Counted from the first letter of the stretch, positions 48,670 through 62,690 are shown. The stretch is 64,000 nt of DNA from Clostridiales bacterium (GCA_040766525.1 JAXGQI010000004.1:9869-73868), one strand, 5' to 3'. Numbers and translations are program-made. Notes: generated from the letters alone by a model not told the origin.

Positions 48670-49300
48670 TTAACGGGAATAACCTTCGACAATCAGATGT
48701 TCCTGAATCGGGATATCGATATCTTCCCGTTTGGGCATATCAACTACTTTGACGGCAAGGGCTTCTTTATCCAGCTCAACCAAGCAGGAACGGATTTTAC
48801 AGCTGCCAATTCACCGATTGCAGCAAACTTTGTGGATTTCTTGCTCTTTTCTGCAACGGAGATGATCTGACCTTGCTTTACAAGGAAGGAAGGGATATTG
48901 ACCTTTCTCCCATTGACTTGATAATGCCCATGAAGAACAAGCTGCCGAGCTTCCGCACGGGAATTAGCCAAACCTGCACGATAGACCACATTATCCAAGC
49001 GCCGTTCCAGCAAAACCAAAAGGTTTTCCCCGGTAACACCGCCTTGACGAGCGGCCTTTTCATAATAAAGCCTAAATTGCTTTTCTAATACCCCGTAGAT
49101 ACGGCGGGCTTTTTGTTTTTCTCTCAATTGGAGGCCATATTCGGAACGCTTTTTCCGCGCTGCCGACTGTCCATGTTGCCCAGGAGCATAAGCCCTTTTA
49201 TTCACCGCGCATTTATCACTGTAGCAGCGGTCACCTTTGAGGTAAAGTTTTCGCCTTCACGCCGGCAAAGCCGACATACGGATTCTGTATAACGTGCCAT
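48670..49300 (-). CDS. rpsD: 30S ribosomal protein S4, needing two 1-nt frame corrections
   Basis: ATG 49300 gives [17 protein letters not shown], shifts (A-run) into [27 protein letters not shown] (ORF 48744..49205), then shifts again near 48785 into [34 protein letters not shown]. 631 nt, consistent with two 1-nt deletions. Confidence 0.85.
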
Positions 49301-49316
49301 TTAAAAAGGACACCTC

Positions 49317-49701
49317 CTAAACTCTTCTTCTTTTCGGCGGACGGCAACCATTATGGGGAATGGGGGTCACATCCTTGATCATGCTGATCTCCAAACCATT
49401 GGCCTGAAGAGAACGGATTGCCGCTTCTCTGCCGGAGCCAGGTCATAACAGCGCATTCCACCTGGCGAAGGCCATGTTCCATGGCTTCTTTCGCACAAGT
49501 TTCTGCTGCCAATTGGGCGGCAAAAGGAGTGCTCTTTCTGGAGCCTTTGAACCCGGAACTACCGGCACTGGCCCAGGAAATGGCATTTCCCGCTCTATCG
49601 GTGATGACGATAATCGTATTATTAAAGGTAGAATTGATATGTGCCACACCAAATTCGATATTTTTCTTTTCTCTTTTTCTCCGCGTTTGTCTGCGTGCCA
49701 T
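49317..49701 (-). CDS. rpsK: 30S ribosomal protein S11, one frame disruption near 49435
   Basis: ORF 49351..49701 reads correctly to ...GLRQVECAV. The rest ([41 protein letters not shown]) is in another frame, ending at TAG 49317-49319. Confidence 0.85.
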
Positions 49702-49719
49702 TCTTCATGCCCTCCTTTC

Positions 49720-50084
49720 TTATTTCTTCCTCTTCACGCCAACAGTGCGCTTCGGCCCTTTGCGTGTACGGGCATTGTCTTCGTTTTTGTCCCCGCACGG
49801 GCAGACCGCGACGATGGCGGATTCCCCGATAACAACCGATTTCCATTAATCTTTTGATATTCAAGGCGATTTCGGCGAAGATCCCTTCTGCAAAATCCAT
49901 TGGTAATCATTTCCCGGATTGCATTGATTTGATCTTCGCTCAAGTCTTTAACCCGGATATCCCCGTCGATATCGCATGCTTTCAATATCTTCTGAGATGT
50001 GGGAACCCCGATGCCGTAAATATACGTCAAACCGATTTCCACTCTTTTATCCAGGGGCAAGTCAACACCAGCAATACGTGCCAT
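49720..50084 (-). CDS. rpsM: 30S ribosomal protein S13, three frame disruptions
   Basis: [26 protein letters not shown]..., shifts near 49900 into [38 protein letters not shown]. Two A-run deletions (about 49790 and 49780) lead to TKT / [18 protein letters not shown], stop at 49720-49722. Confidence 0.85.
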
Positions 50085-50118
50085 TTAATACATGCACCTC
50101 CAATACGATATCATAAAC

Positions 50119-50232
50119 TCAACCTTGTTTCTGTTTATGCTTGGGATTTTTGCAAATAACCATTACAATCCCTTTGCGCTTGATAATCTTACATTTTTCA
50201 CAAATCGGTTTTACCGATGCTCTAACCTTCAC
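50119..50232 (-). CDS. rpmJ: 50S ribosomal protein L36
   Basis: Too short for the ORF track. GTG 50232 behind GAAGGAGGG gives [37 protein letters not shown]. Confidence 0.9.
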   Translation of the reverse strand: MKVRASVKPICEKCKIIKRKGIVMVICKNPKHKQKQG

Positions 50233-50262
50233 GATAAACCCTCCTTCATTTTCAAGAGACGA

Positions 50263-50481
50263 TTATTTAAAACGATAAACGATTCGCCCTCTTTTTAGAT
50301 CATAGGGGCTCAATTCCACAGTCACCTTGTCTCCCGGCAGGATGCGGATAAAATTCATCCTGATTTTCCCGGAAACATGGGCTAAAACCCTATGTCCATT
50401 GGCCAATTCAACGGTAAACATCGCATTTGGCAGAGGCTCGATGACTGTACCTTCAACTTCAATCGCATCTTGTTTGGACAT
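50263..50481 (-). CDS. infA: Translation initiation factor IF-1
   Basis: ORF 50263..50487, second ATG (50481) better spaced from [35 protein letters not shown]. Confidence 0.95.
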   Translation of the reverse strand: MSKQDAIEVEGTVIEPLPNAMFTVELANGHRVLAHVSGKIRMNFIRILPGDKVTVELSPYDLKRGRIVYRFK

Positions 50482-50498
50482 TTTCATTCCTCCTCAGC

Positions 50499-50767
50499 TC
50501 AAGTTTCCAAAGAAAGCTTTTTGATAAATCCTCTCACTTCCGAATCTTGGGGGGTAATCCCCGCTTCAAGTCTTCCCGGATCTTACCGGAATCTTTCAAG
50601 GTTCCCTGGATGTGTTTAAGGTTCTTTTTCTTCGGTCGCGCAAAGGTCTTCTTTTTCCCGTCAACAAGAAAGCTCAAATCTCCCTTAATTGCGATAATAA
50701 TATAGAAACTTCCCTTATCGCGTCCTTGTTTTGAGAGGACCACTTGACCTACATGATGATCATTCAT
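50499..50767 (-). CDS. KOW-domain RNA-binding protein (between map and infA); probable frameshift near 50525
   Basis: ORF 50534..50767 (MNDHHVGQVVLSKQGRDKGSFYIIIAI...). The C-terminal AGITPQDSEVRGFIKKLSLET reads better in a shifted frame ending at 50499-50501. Confidence 0.7.
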
Positions 50768-50779
50768 GTCTGCACCCCA

Positions 50780-51521
50780 CTAAAGCCTTGTCAAGATCTC
50801 AGGCTCCCCATCCGCCATGATGGCGATGGTGTTTTCATAGTGGGCAGCAGGAGAACCATCCTTCGTCACCAAGTCAACCATCTTTTAACACCTTGATCGT
50901 ATAGTGTCCCATGGCTACCATGGGCTCAACGGCAATGGTCAGACCAGTTCCATTCTCAGCCCCCCTGCCGCGCATACCATAATTTGGTACGCTGGGGTCC
51001 TCGTGCATATTTTGCCCGATCCCATGACCCACGAGATCCCGAATGACAGAATAGCCATTCTGTTCCACATGGGCTTGGATCGCATGCCCCAAATCTCCCA
51101 AACGGTTTTTGGCTACCGCCTGCTTCATGCCTTCATAGAAGGATTCCTCGGTGACTTTGACGGAGTCGTGCCTTCTCGTCGCTGATCTTACCTACCGGAA
51201 AAGTCCGGCAGCATCTCCCACATAACCACGAAAGGTGGCGCCGGTATCGACGCTGATAATATCCCCCTCCTGCAAAATACGGTGCTTATTGGGGATACCA
51301 TGGACAATCTCTTCATTGATCGAGGCACAAATACTGGCAGGAAAGCCTTGAAACCCTTTAAAAGTAGGATCGGCATGACACTTCCTAATATGCTTTTCTG
51401 CCGCTGTATCCAGCTCATAAGTGGAGATCCCCGGTTGAACCAGTTCCTCCATAGACGCTAAAACTTCCGCAACGATCCTACCCGCATCCCGCATAGCAGC
51501 TATCTGTTGCTTCGTTTTTAA

Positions 51522-51529
<8 letters not shown>
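50780..51529 (-). CDS. map: Type I methionine aminopeptidase, at least three frame disruptions
   Basis: ATG 51529 gives MI.., and fragments sit in different frames: LKTKQQIAAMRDAGRIVAEVL... (ORF 51192..51494), ...VKVTEESFYEGMKQAVAKNRLGDLGHAIQ...VGHGIG...AVEPMV (ORF 50874..51128), and WTLVTKDGSPAAHYENTIAIMADGEPEILTRL ending at TAG 50780-50782. Confidence 0.8.
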
Positions 51530-53441
<1,912 letters not shown>

Positions 53442-53874
53442 TAAAATCACCTCAACTTTCCCACCTGCTGCTTCGATTTTTTCTACCGCCGCTGCGCATT
53501 GCGAACCTGCACCGTAACGGCCTTTTTCGATTTCACCGTTGGCTAAAACTTTTTACACCGTCAACGGCTCCTTTGATATAACCCATTTCCCATAGCAATT
53601 CCGGGGGTAATCACCGTATCGGCCTCAAAATCATTGAGATCGGAAAGACCGATAATCGCGTACCTTCTTTTTCAATGGTGAACCCGCGTTTCGGGATTCT
53701 TCTCTGTAGGGGCATCTGCCCGCCTTCAAAACCGGGACGAACGCCGCCGCCGGGCGTGCTTTTTGGCCTTTATGACCTTTTCCGGCCGTTTTGCCGAGGC
53801 CGGAACCGATACCACGCCCTTTACGGGTGGCTTTCGCTCTCGCGCCGGGGCGGTTTCAAATCACTTATTTTCAT
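53442..53874 (-). CDS. rplO: 50S ribosomal protein L15, multiple frame disruptions
   Basis: ATG 53874 behind GGGAGGG gives MKISDLKP. Then [40 protein letters not shown] and [16 protein letters not shown] lie in different frames. The 3' end is approximate. Confidence 0.65.
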
Positions 53875-53897
53875 TTCCATTCCCTCCCCTTGGCTCT

Positions 53898-54082
53898 TTA
53901 TGCCTCAACTTCTTCCACCTTCACCAGGTGGGCTATACTTTTAACTTTCCCCACAATATCCGGGGTGTCGTTCTGGATGACAGAACTGTTCATTTTCTAA
54001 GTCCTAAGGACTTTGAGACTCCCTCTGTTTCCGATCATAACCGATCACACTTTTTAACAAGGGTAATCTTTGATTTAGCCAT
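53898..54082 (-). CDS. rpmD: 50S ribosomal protein L30, about three indels
   Basis: ATG 54082 gives MAKSKITLVK, shifts (A-run) into SVIGYDRKQRES, then LKVL..KMNSSVIQNDTPDIVGKVKSIAHLVKVEEVEA. The apparent in-frame TAG at 53997-53999 disappears if an adjacent +1/-1 indel pair is corrected (GLRKM). Confidence 0.75.
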
Positions 54083-54085
54083 GAC

Positions 54086-54595
54086 TTATTCCTCCTGACC
54101 CAAGATTTCCTTAACGGTTTTGCCTCTCAATTGGGCAACCTCTTCAACGGTCTTCATTTCTTTCAATGCTTCCAAGGTTGCCGACACCATATTAATGGCA
54201 TTATTGGAGCCTAAGGATTTCGTCAAAATATCACGGACCCCAACCAATTCCAAGACGGCACGCACAGGGCCGCCGGCGATAACACCGGTACCGGGTGCGG
54301 CAGGTTTCAGCAAAACTCTGCTGGCCCCGAAACGACCGATATGTTCATGGGGAATCGTATAGTTCACAACGGGCACATAGATCAAATTCTTCTTTGCGTC
54401 CTCGATGGCTTTTCTGATCGCTTCCGGCACTTCCCCGGCTTTGCCGAGACCGGCGCCAACATGGCCGTTTTCATCTCCGACCACCACCAAGGCGCTAAAG
54501 CTGAAACGACGACCGCCCTTGACCACTTTGGCCACACGATTGATATTGACTATTTTTTCCGTTAATTCAAGATTTGTGGCGTCAATTCTGGACAT
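54086..54595 (-). CDS. rpsE: 30S ribosomal protein S5
   Basis: 169 aa, intact; [24 protein letters not shown]. Confidence 0.95.
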   Translation of the reverse strand: MSRIDATNLELTEKIVNINRVAKVVKGGRRFSFSALVVVGDENGHVGAGLGKAGEVPEAIRKAIEDAKKNLIYVPVVNYTIPHEHIGRFGASRVLLKPAAPGTGVIAGGPVRAVLELVGVRDILTKSLGSNNAINMVSATLEALKEMKTVEEVAQLRGKTVKEILGQEE

Positions 54596-54616
54596 CTATT
54601 TCCCTCCTTATACCTC

Positions 54617-54988
54617 TTAAAATACGAGGCCACCCTCTCTGGCACCATCCGCTAAGGCAGCAACTCTACCGTGATAGACCAAGCCGCCGCGGTCAAAGAC
54701 AACTTCTTTGATGCCTTTTTCAAGGGCTTTTTCCGCTAATAACTTGCCCACACTATTGGCAGCAGCTTTATTGCCACCATAAGTATCCTTGAGCGAAGAC
54801 TCCAGGGTAGAGGCAGCGACCAGGGTGACGCCTGTTACGTCGTCAATAATTTGCGCGGAAATATGTTTTGCGCTGCGAAAAACGGCCAAACGAGGACATT
54901 CCGTCGTTCCGGATATCTTCCTTCTGATGCTGGCATGTTTTTTCTGACGTACTTCTTTACGGTTATATGCTTTATACAAGTCAGCCAC
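54617..54988 (-). CDS. rplR: 50S ribosomal protein L18
   Basis: 123 aa, intact; [18 protein letters not shown]...[25 protein letters not shown]. Confidence 0.95.
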   Translation of the reverse strand: MADLYKAYNRKEVRQKKHASIRRKISGTTECPRLAVFRSAKHISAQIIDDVTGVTLVAASTLESSLKDTYGGNKAAANSVGKLLAEKALEKGIKEVVFDRGGLVYHGRVAALADGAREGGLVF

Positions 54989-54996
54989 TCCTTCCC

Positions 54997-55539
54997 TTAT
55001 TTCTTAACGCCAGCTTTGCCGGCTTTCCGTTTAATAACTTCGCCTTCGTACTTGATCCCCTTGCCTTTATAGGGTTCGGGTTCTCTGACGGCCCGCACAT
55101 TAGCGGCAAAGGCGCCAACTTTTTCTTTATCGTTACCGGAAATTACGATCCGATTGGGTGCGGGAACCTCAACATTGAGGTCCTTCCCGGGATCCATTTC
55201 CACGGGGTGGGAATATCCTACTGTCAATACCAGATTGTTCCCCTGTTTGGCTGCGCGGTAACCAACGCCAACCAACTCTAATTTCTTTTCAAAACCATTC
55301 GTTACCCCGACCACCATATTATTGACCAATGCACGGGTCAAGCCATGGAGAGAACGATGCTCCTTTTCGTCGCTGGGACGGGTGACAAGGATCTGATTGT
55401 TCTCGATGGCAACGGTGATTTCGGGATGAAGCTCCCTTTGGAGTTCGCCTTTGGGGCCCTTGACCGTGATCTTGTGGCCATCCAATTTGACATCGACTCC
55501 GGCGGGAATATCTATCGGCATTCTGCCTATCCTAGACAT
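54997..55539 (-). CDS. rplF: 50S ribosomal protein L6
   Basis: 180 aa, intact; [31 protein letters not shown]. Confidence 0.95.
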   Translation of the reverse strand: MSRIGRMPIDIPAGVDVKLDGHKITVKGPKGELQRELHPEITVAIENNQILVTRPSDEKEHRSLHGLTRALVNNMVVGVTNGFEKKLELVGVGYRAAKQGNNLVLTVGYSHPVEMDPGKDLNVEVPAPNRIVISGNDKEKVGAFAANVRAVREPEPYKGKGIKYEGEVIKRKAGKAGVKK

Positions 55540-55571
55540 ATTGCACCTCCCAAATTGCGTTCCTTTTTCCC

Positions 55572-55970
55572 TTACCAGATATAGCAGAGAACTTCTCCGC
55601 CGATACCTTCTTTGCGTGCTTCCTTATCGGTCATCAACCCTCTGGAAGTGGAAATCACAGCGATACCAAGGCCACCCAAAACTTTGGGGATCTCGTCCTT
55701 ACGAGCATAGACTCTCAAACCGGGGCGACTAATCCGTTTCAAGCCGGAAATCACTCTCTCACGGTTGCTGCCATACTTCAGATATAAACGAACGAAGCCT
55801 TGCTTGCCATCTTCAATGTATTCCACATCGCGAATGAAGCCTTCTTCTTTCATGATTTTGGCCAGATTCATTTTTGTTTTTGAGGCGGGAATCTCCACCT
55901 TTTCCATATAAACAGTATTTGCATTGCGGATTCTGGTAAGGAAATCGGCAATGGGATCTGTCATGACCAT
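55572..55970 (-). CDS. rpsH: 30S ribosomal protein S8
   Basis: 132 aa, intact; [15 protein letters not shown]. Confidence 0.95.
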   Translation of the reverse strand: MVMTDPIADFLTRIRNANTVYMEKVEIPASKTKMNLAKIMKEEGFIRDVEYIEDGKQGFVRLYLKYGSNRERVISGLKRISRPGLRVYARKDEIPKVLGGLGIAVISTSRGLMTDKEARKEGIGGEVLCYIW

Positions 55971-55992
55971 TTTCTCTACCTCCTTCGGTTGC

Positions 55993-56178
55993 TTACCAGC
56001 TAGACTTGGTTACGCCTGGGATTTCTCCCTTATAAGCCAATTCTCTGAAGCAAACCCGGCATATTCCGAACTTCCGCATATATGCGTGGGGGCGGCCGCA
56101 GATTTTGCAGCGATTATATCCACGCACAGTATACTTTGGCGTGCGCTGTTGTTTCGCGATCATCGATTTTTTCGCCAC
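55993..56178 (-). CDS. rpsN: 30S ribosomal protein S14 type Z (zinc form)
   Basis: 61 aa; [20 protein letters not shown]. Confidence 0.95.
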   Translation of the reverse strand: MAKKSMIAKQQRTPKYTVRGYNRCKICGRPHAYMRKFGICRVCFRELAYKGEIPGVTKSSW

Positions 56179-56204
56179 TGTGTTACCTCCTTAGAATTTT
56201 GGGC

Positions 56205-56747
56205 TTAGTTCTGCGCAAACGGCATTCCCATCAAAGTAAACAATTCCTTTGCTTCTTCATCGGTTTTTGCGGTGGTGGTGAAGCAAACCTCCAAAACCCC
56301 GCAGCCGGTCGATTTTATCATAGTCGATTTCAGGAAAAACCAATTGGTCTTTCAGGCCAAGAGAATAATTGCCGCGGCCGTCAAAAGCCGTAGGGGATAC
56401 CCCCTTAAAGTCTCTTACCCGGGGTAATGCTACTGCAATCAGTCTGTCGACAAATTCATACATTCTGTCCCCGCGCAAAGTAACTTTGCAGCCAATGGGC
56501 ATGCCGGTTCTCACTTTAAAAGCAGCAATGGATTTTTTCGCTTTGGTAATTACCGGTTTCTGACCGAAATTGACATCAAATCCGCTACTGCAGCATCCAA
56601 TGCTTTGGGATTGGCAATGGCTTCGCCAAGACCCATATTGATCACCACTTTGCTCAATTTGGGAATTTCCATCACATTTTCATACTGAAATTTTTCTTTG
56701 AGAGCGGGAATAATCTCATTGGCATACTTTTCTTTCAGTCTCGCCAC
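56205..56747 (-). CDS. rplE: 50S ribosomal protein L5, two compensating frame disruptions (about 56555 and 56290)
   Basis: ORF 56550..56747 ([20 protein letters not shown]...), middle ORF 56257..56514 ([24 protein letters not shown]...), and the tail [28 protein letters not shown] in the original frame. 543 nt is a multiple of 3. Confidence 0.85.
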
Positions 56748-56770
56748 GTAAAATGCCTCCTTTCTCCCAA

Positions 56771-57100
56771 TTACTTATCGAAAATTTGATCACAATGTTT
56801 ACATTGGCGTGCCAATTTCCCATTGTCCAGAGTTTTCATCCGAATTCTCGTTGCTTCTTTACAATTATCACAGTAAAGCATTACATTGGAAATGTCGATC
56901 GGTGCCGGCTTTTCCAAAATACCGCCCTGTGGATTGGCTTGGGTCGGCTTGGTGTGCCGTTTGACCACATTGATCCCATCCACAATAACCCGGCCTTCAC
57001 TCGGCAAAACTTGCAGAACTTTCCCGATCTGCCCTTTGTTCTGGCCAGAAATAATCTTTACTTTATCATCTTTGCGAACATGCGCTTTTTTCAAAGCCAA
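56771..57100 (-). CDS. rplX: 50S ribosomal protein L24 (Cys4 zinc-ribbon variant)
   Basis: ORF 56771..57109; TTG 57100 is better spaced from [25 protein letters not shown] motif; C-terminal CDNC...CKHC. Confidence 0.9.
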   Translation of the reverse strand: MALKKAHVRKDDKVKIISGQNKGQIGKVLQVLPSEGRVIVDGINVVKRHTKPTQANPQGGILEKPAPIDISNVMLYCDNCKEATRIRMKTLDNGKLARQCKHCDQIFDK

Positions 57101-57122
57101 ATCGCCCACCTCCTATTTCGTC

Positions 57123-57491
57123 TCAAAGCACCTCAGGCGCTAAAGATAGGATCTTCATATAGTTCTTATCTCTGAGCTCCCTGGCGACCGGACCAAAGAT
57201 ACGGGTTCCTTTCGGCTGACCGTCATCTTTGATGATGACTGCCGCATTTTGGTCAAAGCGGATATAGGAACCGTCGGCACGGCGAATTTCTTTTTTCGTT
57301 CTGACGATAACAGCCTTCACGACCTCGCCTTTTTTTACCACGCCACCGGGTGTAGCATGTTTAACGCTACAAACGATCACATCGCCGACAGTAGCATAGC
57401 GCCGACCGGCACCACCTAAAACTTTGATACATAAAAGCTCTTTTGCGCCGGTATTGTCGCCGACTTTGAGCCTCGTTTCTTGTTGAATCAT
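57123..57491 (-). CDS. rplN: 50S ribosomal protein L14
   Basis: 122 aa; [27 protein letters not shown]. Confidence 0.95.
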   Translation of the reverse strand: MIQQETRLKVGDNTGAKELLCIKVLGGAGRRYATVGDVIVCSVKHATPGGVVKKGEVVKAVIVRTKKEIRRADGSYIRFDQNAAVIIKDDGQPKGTRIFGPVARELRDKNYMKILSLAPEVL

Positions 57492-57518
57492 CGGATTTGC
57501 CCCCTTTCTTTCGCGCCC

Positions 57519-57779
57519 TTAGACAATCGGGGCCTTTTCTAAGATTTCCACCAAACGCCATCTTTTATCTTTCGATAAAGGACGGGTTTCCATCATTTTA
57601 ACTTTATCACCAATACGCGCTTCATTATTTTCATCATGCGCTTTGTATTTTTTGCTGGTTTTGATAATCTTCCCGTAAAGAGGATGCCGGATTCTCGTTT
57701 CGACTCTGACGACAATCGTCTTATCCATCTTGTCGCTGACTACATGGCCGATCCGCACCTTCCTACTATTTCTTTCCAT
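57519..57779 (-). CDS. rpsQ: 30S ribosomal protein S17
   Basis: 86 aa; [17 protein letters not shown]. Confidence 0.95.
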   Translation of the reverse strand: MERNSRKVRIGHVVSDKMDKTIVVRVETRIRHPLYGKIIKTSKKYKAHDENNEARIGDKVKMMETRPLSKDKRWRLVEILEKAPIV

Positions 57780-57802
57780 CGCGGCCTCGTCCTCCTTCCG
57801 TA

Positions 57803-58006
57803 TTAGAAATTATTTCCTTTGAGCTCGCGCTCTCTGATGACGGTTTTCACCTGTGCAATATTGCGCTTGACGTCTCTGATGACCATCGGATTATCCAGCT
57901 GACCGGTGGCAAGACGAAAACGCAGGTTAAAGAGTTCACCCTTCAAATCGTCAACCTTTTTGTTGAGTTCCTCTGCGGTCATTTCCCTGATATCCTTCAT
58001 TTTCAT
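57803..58006 (-). CDS. rpmC: 50S ribosomal protein L29
   Basis: 67 aa; [25 protein letters not shown]. Confidence 0.95.
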   Translation of the reverse strand: MKMKDIREMTAEELNKKVDDLKGELFNLRFRLATGQLDNPMVIRDVKRNIAQVKTVIRERELKGNNF

Positions 58007-58431
58007 TACTGATCACCGCCCGTTTCTTCACGTTTTACAAACTTACTCTTGATGGGCAATTTATGCTGTGCTAAACGGATGGCTTCCCTTGCGATTTCTT
58101 CCGAAACGCCGCTGACTTCAAACATCACACGGCCCGGCTTGACCACGGCTACCCAGTATTCCGGAGCCCCTTTCCCGCTACCCATACGGGTTTCGGCAGG
58201 TTTTTCCGTAACCGGTTTATGAGGGAAAATCTTGATCCAGACTTTACCGCCCCTCTTCATATAACGGGTCATCGCAATACGGGCAGCTTCGATTTGACGG
58301 CTGGTGATCCAACCACATTCCGTAGCCTGCATCCCATATTCACCATAGGCCACAAAATTGCCTTTTGTAGCTTTGCCCTTCATTCTACCACGGTGTTGGC
58401 GACGAAACTTAACTCTCTTCGGGATTAACAT
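58006..58431 (-). CDS. rplP: 50S ribosomal protein L16
   Basis: 141 aa; [19 protein letters not shown]. Confidence 0.95.
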   Translation of the reverse strand: MLIPKRVKFRRQHRGRMKGKATKGNFVAYGEYGMQATECGWITSRQIEAARIAMTRYMKRGGKVWIKIFPHKPVTEKPAETRMGSGKGAPEYWVAVVKPGRVMFEVSGVSEEIAREAIRLAQHKLPIKSKFVKREETGGDQ

Positions 58432-59108
58432 TAGGCTTCGCCTCCTTCCCCAAAGGACTTTTGCGGCGCTTTTTTCGCCCGTTCAGGCAAAACTTCACCT
58501 TTGTAGATCCAACATTTTACGCCGATTTTCCCATAGGTGGTGTTTGCTTCCGCAAAACCATAGTCGATATCGGCTCTCAAGGTATGGAGGGGAACTTTCC
58601 CTTCGCTGTACCATTCGGTACGGGCGATTTCCGCACCGCCCAAGCGACCGGCAACCATCATCTTGATCCCGCCTACGCCCATACGCATGCTGCGACCGAC
58701 GGCCTGTTTGATGGCACGGCGAAAACCGATTCTTTTTTCCAAAGCGGCAGCAACGCTTTCCGCTACCAATTGGGCATCGGTTTCCGGTTTCTTTACTTCA
58801 TTGATATAGATATTGACTTTTTTGGAAGTCATTTTTTCCAGCTGGTTTTTCAGGTTTTCTACTTCCTGCCCGCCGCGACCAATGACCAAGCCGGGTTTTG
58901 CGGTGAAAATATTAACTTTCACACGATTAGCGGCCCGTTCGATTTCGATACGGGAAATACCGGAAGCGTAGAGTTTTTTCTTCAAATACTCTCTGATTTT
59001 ATGATCTTCCAAAAGATAGTCTTGATATTCTTTCCGGGCATACCAGCGAGAATCCCAACCTCTGATCACGCCGACCCGTAAACCTTTCGGATTAACCTTC
59101 TGACCCAC
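58431..59108 (-). CDS. rpsC: 30S ribosomal protein S3
   Basis: 225 aa; [24 protein letters not shown]. Confidence 0.95.
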   Translation of the reverse strand: MGQKVNPKGLRVGVIRGWDSRWYARKEYQDYLLEDHKIREYLKKKLYASGISRIEIERAANRVKVNIFTAKPGLVIGRGGQEVENLKNQLEKMTSKKVNIYINEVKKPETDAQLVAESVAAALEKRIGFRRAIKQAVGRSMRMGVGGIKMMVAGRLGGAEIARTEWYSEGKVPLHTLRADIDYGFAEANTTYGKIGVKCWIYKGEVLPERAKKAPQKSFGEGGEA

Positions 59109-59110
59109 GC

Positions 59111-59452
59111 TTAAACCTCCTCCCTCTGGCTGACTACCACAGTAATGTGGCTGGTCCTTTTGTTGATACGATCCGCCCGGCCCATAGCGCGGGGTTTGAT
59201 CCGCTTCCAGGTGGCGCCCTCATCAACAAAGGCTTTGGCGACATATAAGTCGTCTTTATTCAAATTTTCATTGTGTTCTGCATTGGCAATCGCGGAATTT
59301 AAAACCTTCAAGACGGGAGCGGTTGCCCGGTTCGGTACCAAAGACAAAATAGCTTGGGCTTCCGTTGCGTCCTTTCCCCGAATCAAATCTACGACATATC
59401 TGACTTTGCGGGGAGAAATCCGTACATGCTTAGCAATTGCTTTCACTTCCAA
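59111..59452 (-). CDS. rplV: 50S ribosomal protein L22
   Basis: 113 aa; [17 protein letters not shown]. Confidence 0.95.
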   Translation of the reverse strand: MEVKAIAKHVRISPRKVRYVVDLIRGKDATEAQAILSLVPNRATAPVLKVLNSAIANAEHNENLNKDDLYVAKAFVDEGATWKRIKPRAMGRADRINKRTSHITVVVSQREEV

Positions 59453-59481
59453 GAAAAACTACCTCCTCTCACCCGAAAGCC

Positions 59482-59766
59482 TTATTTTAACGAGGTGGAT
59501 CTTTCCGTATGCGATCCGTGGCCTCTAAAAAGACGGGTAGATACAAATTCTCCTAATTTATGTCCAACCATATCTTCAGTGATATAGATCGGAACATGTC
59601 TTCTACCATCATGAATCGCGATGGTATGACCGATCATTTGGGGGAAGATGGTAGACCGGCGAGACCAGGTTTTGATGACCTGTTTATTGTTGTCTTCATT
59701 CATCTTCTCCACCTTTGCCAAGAGTTTATCTTCGCAATAGGGGCCTTTTTTAAGAGATCTGGCCAT
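59482..59766 (-). CDS. rpsS: 30S ribosomal protein S19
   Basis: 94 aa; [16 protein letters not shown]...[23 protein letters not shown]. Confidence 0.95.
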   Translation of the reverse strand: MARSLKKGPYCEDKLLAKVEKMNEDNNKQVIKTWSRRSTIFPQMIGHTIAIHDGRRHVPIYITEDMVGHKLGEFVSTRLFRGHGSHTERSTSLK

Positions 59767-59785
59767 GATTTGCCTCCTTCCTCCT

Positions 59786-60610
59786 TTAGCTGCGCGCCTT
59801 CACGATCAGCTTAGACGACGCTTTTTTCTTATTCCGAGTTTTAGCGCCCAAAGCCGGCTTGCCCCAAGGGGTGACCGGTGTGCGGCCAACAGGGGAACGA
59901 CCTTCCCCACCACCGTGCGGGTGGTCACAAGGATTCATAACAACACCGCGGTTCGCAGGACGGATCCCTTTCCAGCGGGAACGACCGGCTTTACCGATAT
60001 TGATGTTTTCCTGATCCTCATTGCCAACCTGACCGATGGTGGCCATGCATTCGATCCGCACCATCCGCATTTCACCGGAGGGCAGACGCAAAGTAGCATA
60101 ATTGCCTTCCTTTGCCATCAGCTGAGCCCCGGTTCCGGCGGAACGAACCATTTTAGCGCCGCCCTTCGGATACAATTCTACATGATGTACAAAGGTACCG
60201 ACGGGGATATTGATCAAAGGCAGTGCATTGCCGACTTTAATATCGGCAGTTGCGCCGGAAATGATCTGATCTCCGATTTTTAAGCCCTGGGGAGCCAAGA
60301 TATATCTCTTTTCGCCATCAGCATAATGGAGCAAAGCAATATTAGCACTGCGATTGGGGTCATATTCGATGCTCGCAACTTTGGCGGGGATATTTTCCTT
60401 ATTCCGCTTAAAATCGATGATCCGGTACATTCTCTTATGTCCGCCCCCTTTGTGGCGGGTGGTGATACGTCCTTGGTTGTTTCTACCACCAGTCCGATTC
60501 AAGGGAACAGTAAGGGATTTTTCCGGAACCGTTTTGGTAATTTCTTCGAAAGTGGAAACCGTCATGCCCCGGCGACCCGGTGATGTCGGTCTATACTTTT
60601 TGATTCCCAT
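59786..60610 (-). CDS. rplB: 50S ribosomal protein L2
   Basis: 274 aa; [17 protein letters not shown]...[11 protein letters not shown]. Confidence 0.95.
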   Translation of the reverse strand: MGIKKYRPTSPGRRGMTVSTFEEITKTVPEKSLTVPLNRTGGRNNQGRITTRHKGGGHKRMYRIIDFKRNKENIPAKVASIEYDPNRSANIALLHYADGEKRYILAPQGLKIGDQIISGATADIKVGNALPLINIPVGTFVHHVELYPKGGAKMVRSAGTGAQLMAKEGNYATLRLPSGEMRMVRIECMATIGQVGNEDQENINIGKAGRSRWKGIRPANRGVVMNPCDHPHGGGEGRSPVGRTPVTPWGKPALGAKTRNKKKASSKLIVKARS

Positions 60611-60629
60611 TTTTCCTCCTCCTTACTGA

Positions 60630-60917
60630 TTACAGGCCTTCAAAAATCTGAATCTTGTCGCCCTCTTGCAAGGTGACGATCGCCTTTTTCTTGTCGGGGC
60701 GCTTCCCTTCATAACGGCCTTGTCTTTTTACCTTACCACGTATGGTTCTGGTGGTAACGCGCAAAACTTTCACATTAAACATCTTTTCCACAGCATACTT
60801 GATTTCGATCTTATTGGCATCCTTTGCTACTTCGAAAGAGTATTTATTATCTTCCAAAAGCATCATGGACTTTTCCGAAACAAGCGGTTTGACCAAAACA
60901 TCATAAGGTTGTTTCAT
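60630..60917 (-). CDS. rplW: 50S ribosomal protein L23
   Basis: 95 aa; [24 protein letters not shown]. Confidence 0.95.
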   Translation of the reverse strand: MKQPYDVLVKPLVSEKSMMLLEDNKYSFEVAKDANKIEIKYAVEKMFNVKVLRVTTRTIRGKVKRQGRYEGKRPDKKKAIVTLQEGDKIQIFEGL

Positions 60918-61537
60918 TAGCCGAGCACCTCCTCAACCCTAGCGACAGCAGCTTTGGTCATAATGAGCTTGCCGTGAGCCAAGATATTGTATACATTGAT
61001 GCCCGTAGCTTCGATCGACTGGATACCGCCGATATTCCGAGCGGATTTAACGATATTTTCATCAAATTCGCCCAAGACCACGAGGGCATTATTTGCTTCA
61101 AAATTCTGTAGGAACTGATTGAAGACTTTCGTCTTCGGTTCCGCCATGGTAATCTCATCCAAAAGGATCAGTTCGCCATTCAAAACTTTGTCGCTCAGGG
61201 CGGATCTTAAAGCCGCCTGCCGCATTTTCTTCGGCATTTTGAAGCCATATTTTCTGGGGTGGGGACCAAAAGCCACGCCGCCGCCGGTCCAAACGGGATT
61301 CCGACTGGAACCGACCCGAGCACGGCCTGTACCCTTTTGACGCCAGGGCTTTTTACCGCCGCCGGAAACATCGCTTCGCGTTTTTGATTGATGGGTGCCT
61401 CTTCTCTGGGAGGCCTGGTTACACAGAACCGCAGAATGCATCAAAGGTACATTCACTTCGGCTCCAAAGATATCATCATTCAAATCGAGTTCTTCGATCT
61501 GTTTGCCTTCCATATTGTAAACCGCTACTTTAGGCAT
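60917..61537 (-). CDS. rplD: 50S ribosomal protein L4
   Basis: 206 aa; [30 protein letters not shown]. Confidence 0.95.
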   Translation of the reverse strand: MPKVAVYNMEGKQIEELDLNDDIFGAEVNVPLMHSAVLCNQASQRRGTHQSKTRSDVSGGGKKPWRQKGTGRARVGSSRNPVWTGGGVAFGPHPRKYGFKMPKKMRQAALRSALSDKVLNGELILLDEITMAEPKTKVFNQFLQNFEANNALVVLGEFDENIVKSARNIGGIQSIEATGINVYNILAHGKLIMTKAAVARVEEVLG

Positions 61538-61566
61538 TTTAACCCTCCTTTCCCTCTATGTTCCAC

Positions 61567-62190
61567 TTATGCTTTCACTGCATTCCGTACGATGACCATC
61601 GATTTTTTCGCACCGGGAATGGCACCTTTAATCAAGATCAAATTGTTTTCAGGGATCAATTTGACGACTTCAAGATTCTGAATGGTGACCCGTTTGTTCC
61701 CAAGACGACCAGGAGATTTCTTTCCTTTAAAAACCCTGGCAGGGCCTTTGGCACCGGCAGAAGCCGGGCGACGGTGATTCTTCGAACCATGACCCATAGG
61801 TCCTCTGGCAAATCCCCACCGTTTGATGGTGCTAGCGAATCCTTTCCCTCTGGAAATACCAGTCACATCGACCTTATCTCCGGGGGTGAATTGTTCGATG
61901 GTAAATTCCTGGCCTAACTGATACGCTGCCGTATCGTCAATGCGGAATTCTCTGAGATAGCGAACCGGCGCCACATTGGCTTTGGCTGCATGGCCCTTTT
62001 CGGGCTTGTTGGCATTTCTGATTTGGTCAAATCCCAATTGGATGGAATTGTAACCGTCATTGGTTTCATTTTTGATTTGTACGATGACACTGGGGGCAGC
62101 TTCCACCACGGTAACCGGGACAATCTTCCCATCTTCGGCGAAAATTTGGGTCATACCGACCTTCTTCCCCATAAGTACCTTTTGTGTCAT
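61567..62190 (-). CDS. rplC: 50S ribosomal protein L3
   Basis: ORF 61567..62232 trimmed to ATG 62190 behind GAGAGGTG; LMGKKVGMTQIFAEDGKIVPVTVVEA. Confidence 0.95.
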   Translation of the reverse strand: MTQKVLMGKKVGMTQIFAEDGKIVPVTVVEAAPSVIVQIKNETNDGYNSIQLGFDQIRNANKPEKGHAAKANVAPVRYLREFRIDDTAAYQLGQEFTIEQFTPGDKVDVTGISRGKGFASTIKRWGFARGPMGHGSKNHRRPASAGAKGPARVFKGKKSPGRLGNKRVTIQNLEVVKLIPENNLILIKGAIPGAKKSMVIVRNAVKA

Positions 62191-62280
62191 GTTTACACCT
62201 CTCTTTCCATTCGTAGGTGCCGCAAGCGGCATTGCTCTCCTTTATTTTGCGGTGCTTAGATCACCGGTCAAAGAACAAGA

Positions 62281-62589
62281 TTACAGCTTGATTTCAATAT
62301 CAACCCCGGTGGGGAGATCGAGACGCATAAGAGAATCCACAGTTTTGGACGAGGGATTCAAGATATCGATCAGTCTCTTGTGGGTGCGCATTTCAAACTG
62401 CTCCCGAGAATCTTTATTGATATGCGGTGAACGCAAAATCGTATAGATGCTTTTTTCCGTGGGCAAGGGAATCGGCCCGGAGATCGAAGCCCCGGTCTTT
62501 TTCGCTGTTTCCACGATTCTTTCGGCAGACTGATCTAAAAGCTTGTGATCAAATGCCCGCAGCTTGATTCTAATTTTTTGCTTACTCAT
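62281..62589 (-). CDS. rpsJ: 30S ribosomal protein S10
   Basis: 102 aa; [30 protein letters not shown]. Confidence 0.95.
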   Translation of the reverse strand: MSKQKIRIKLRAFDHKLLDQSAERIVETAKKTGASISGPIPLPTEKSIYTILRSPHINKDSREQFEMRTHKRLIDILNPSSKTVDSLMRLDLPTGVDIEIKL

Positions 62590-62690
62590 ATTTAACCTCC
62601 TAAATTCGCCCGTTTGTCGGACTCGCTCCGTGAAAATACCCGCATGCTAGCGCAACCTCTCACATCATCGCTGCCTCAGGCGGTCAATTC

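Noticed and set aside
53997-53999. In-frame TAG inside rpmD as a possible third pyrrolysine codon
   Set aside because: L30 proteins read GLRK(M/I) here. Removing an extra A and restoring an A in the adjacent A-run recreates GLRKM and eliminates the TAG. The gene lies in the indel-dense patch.
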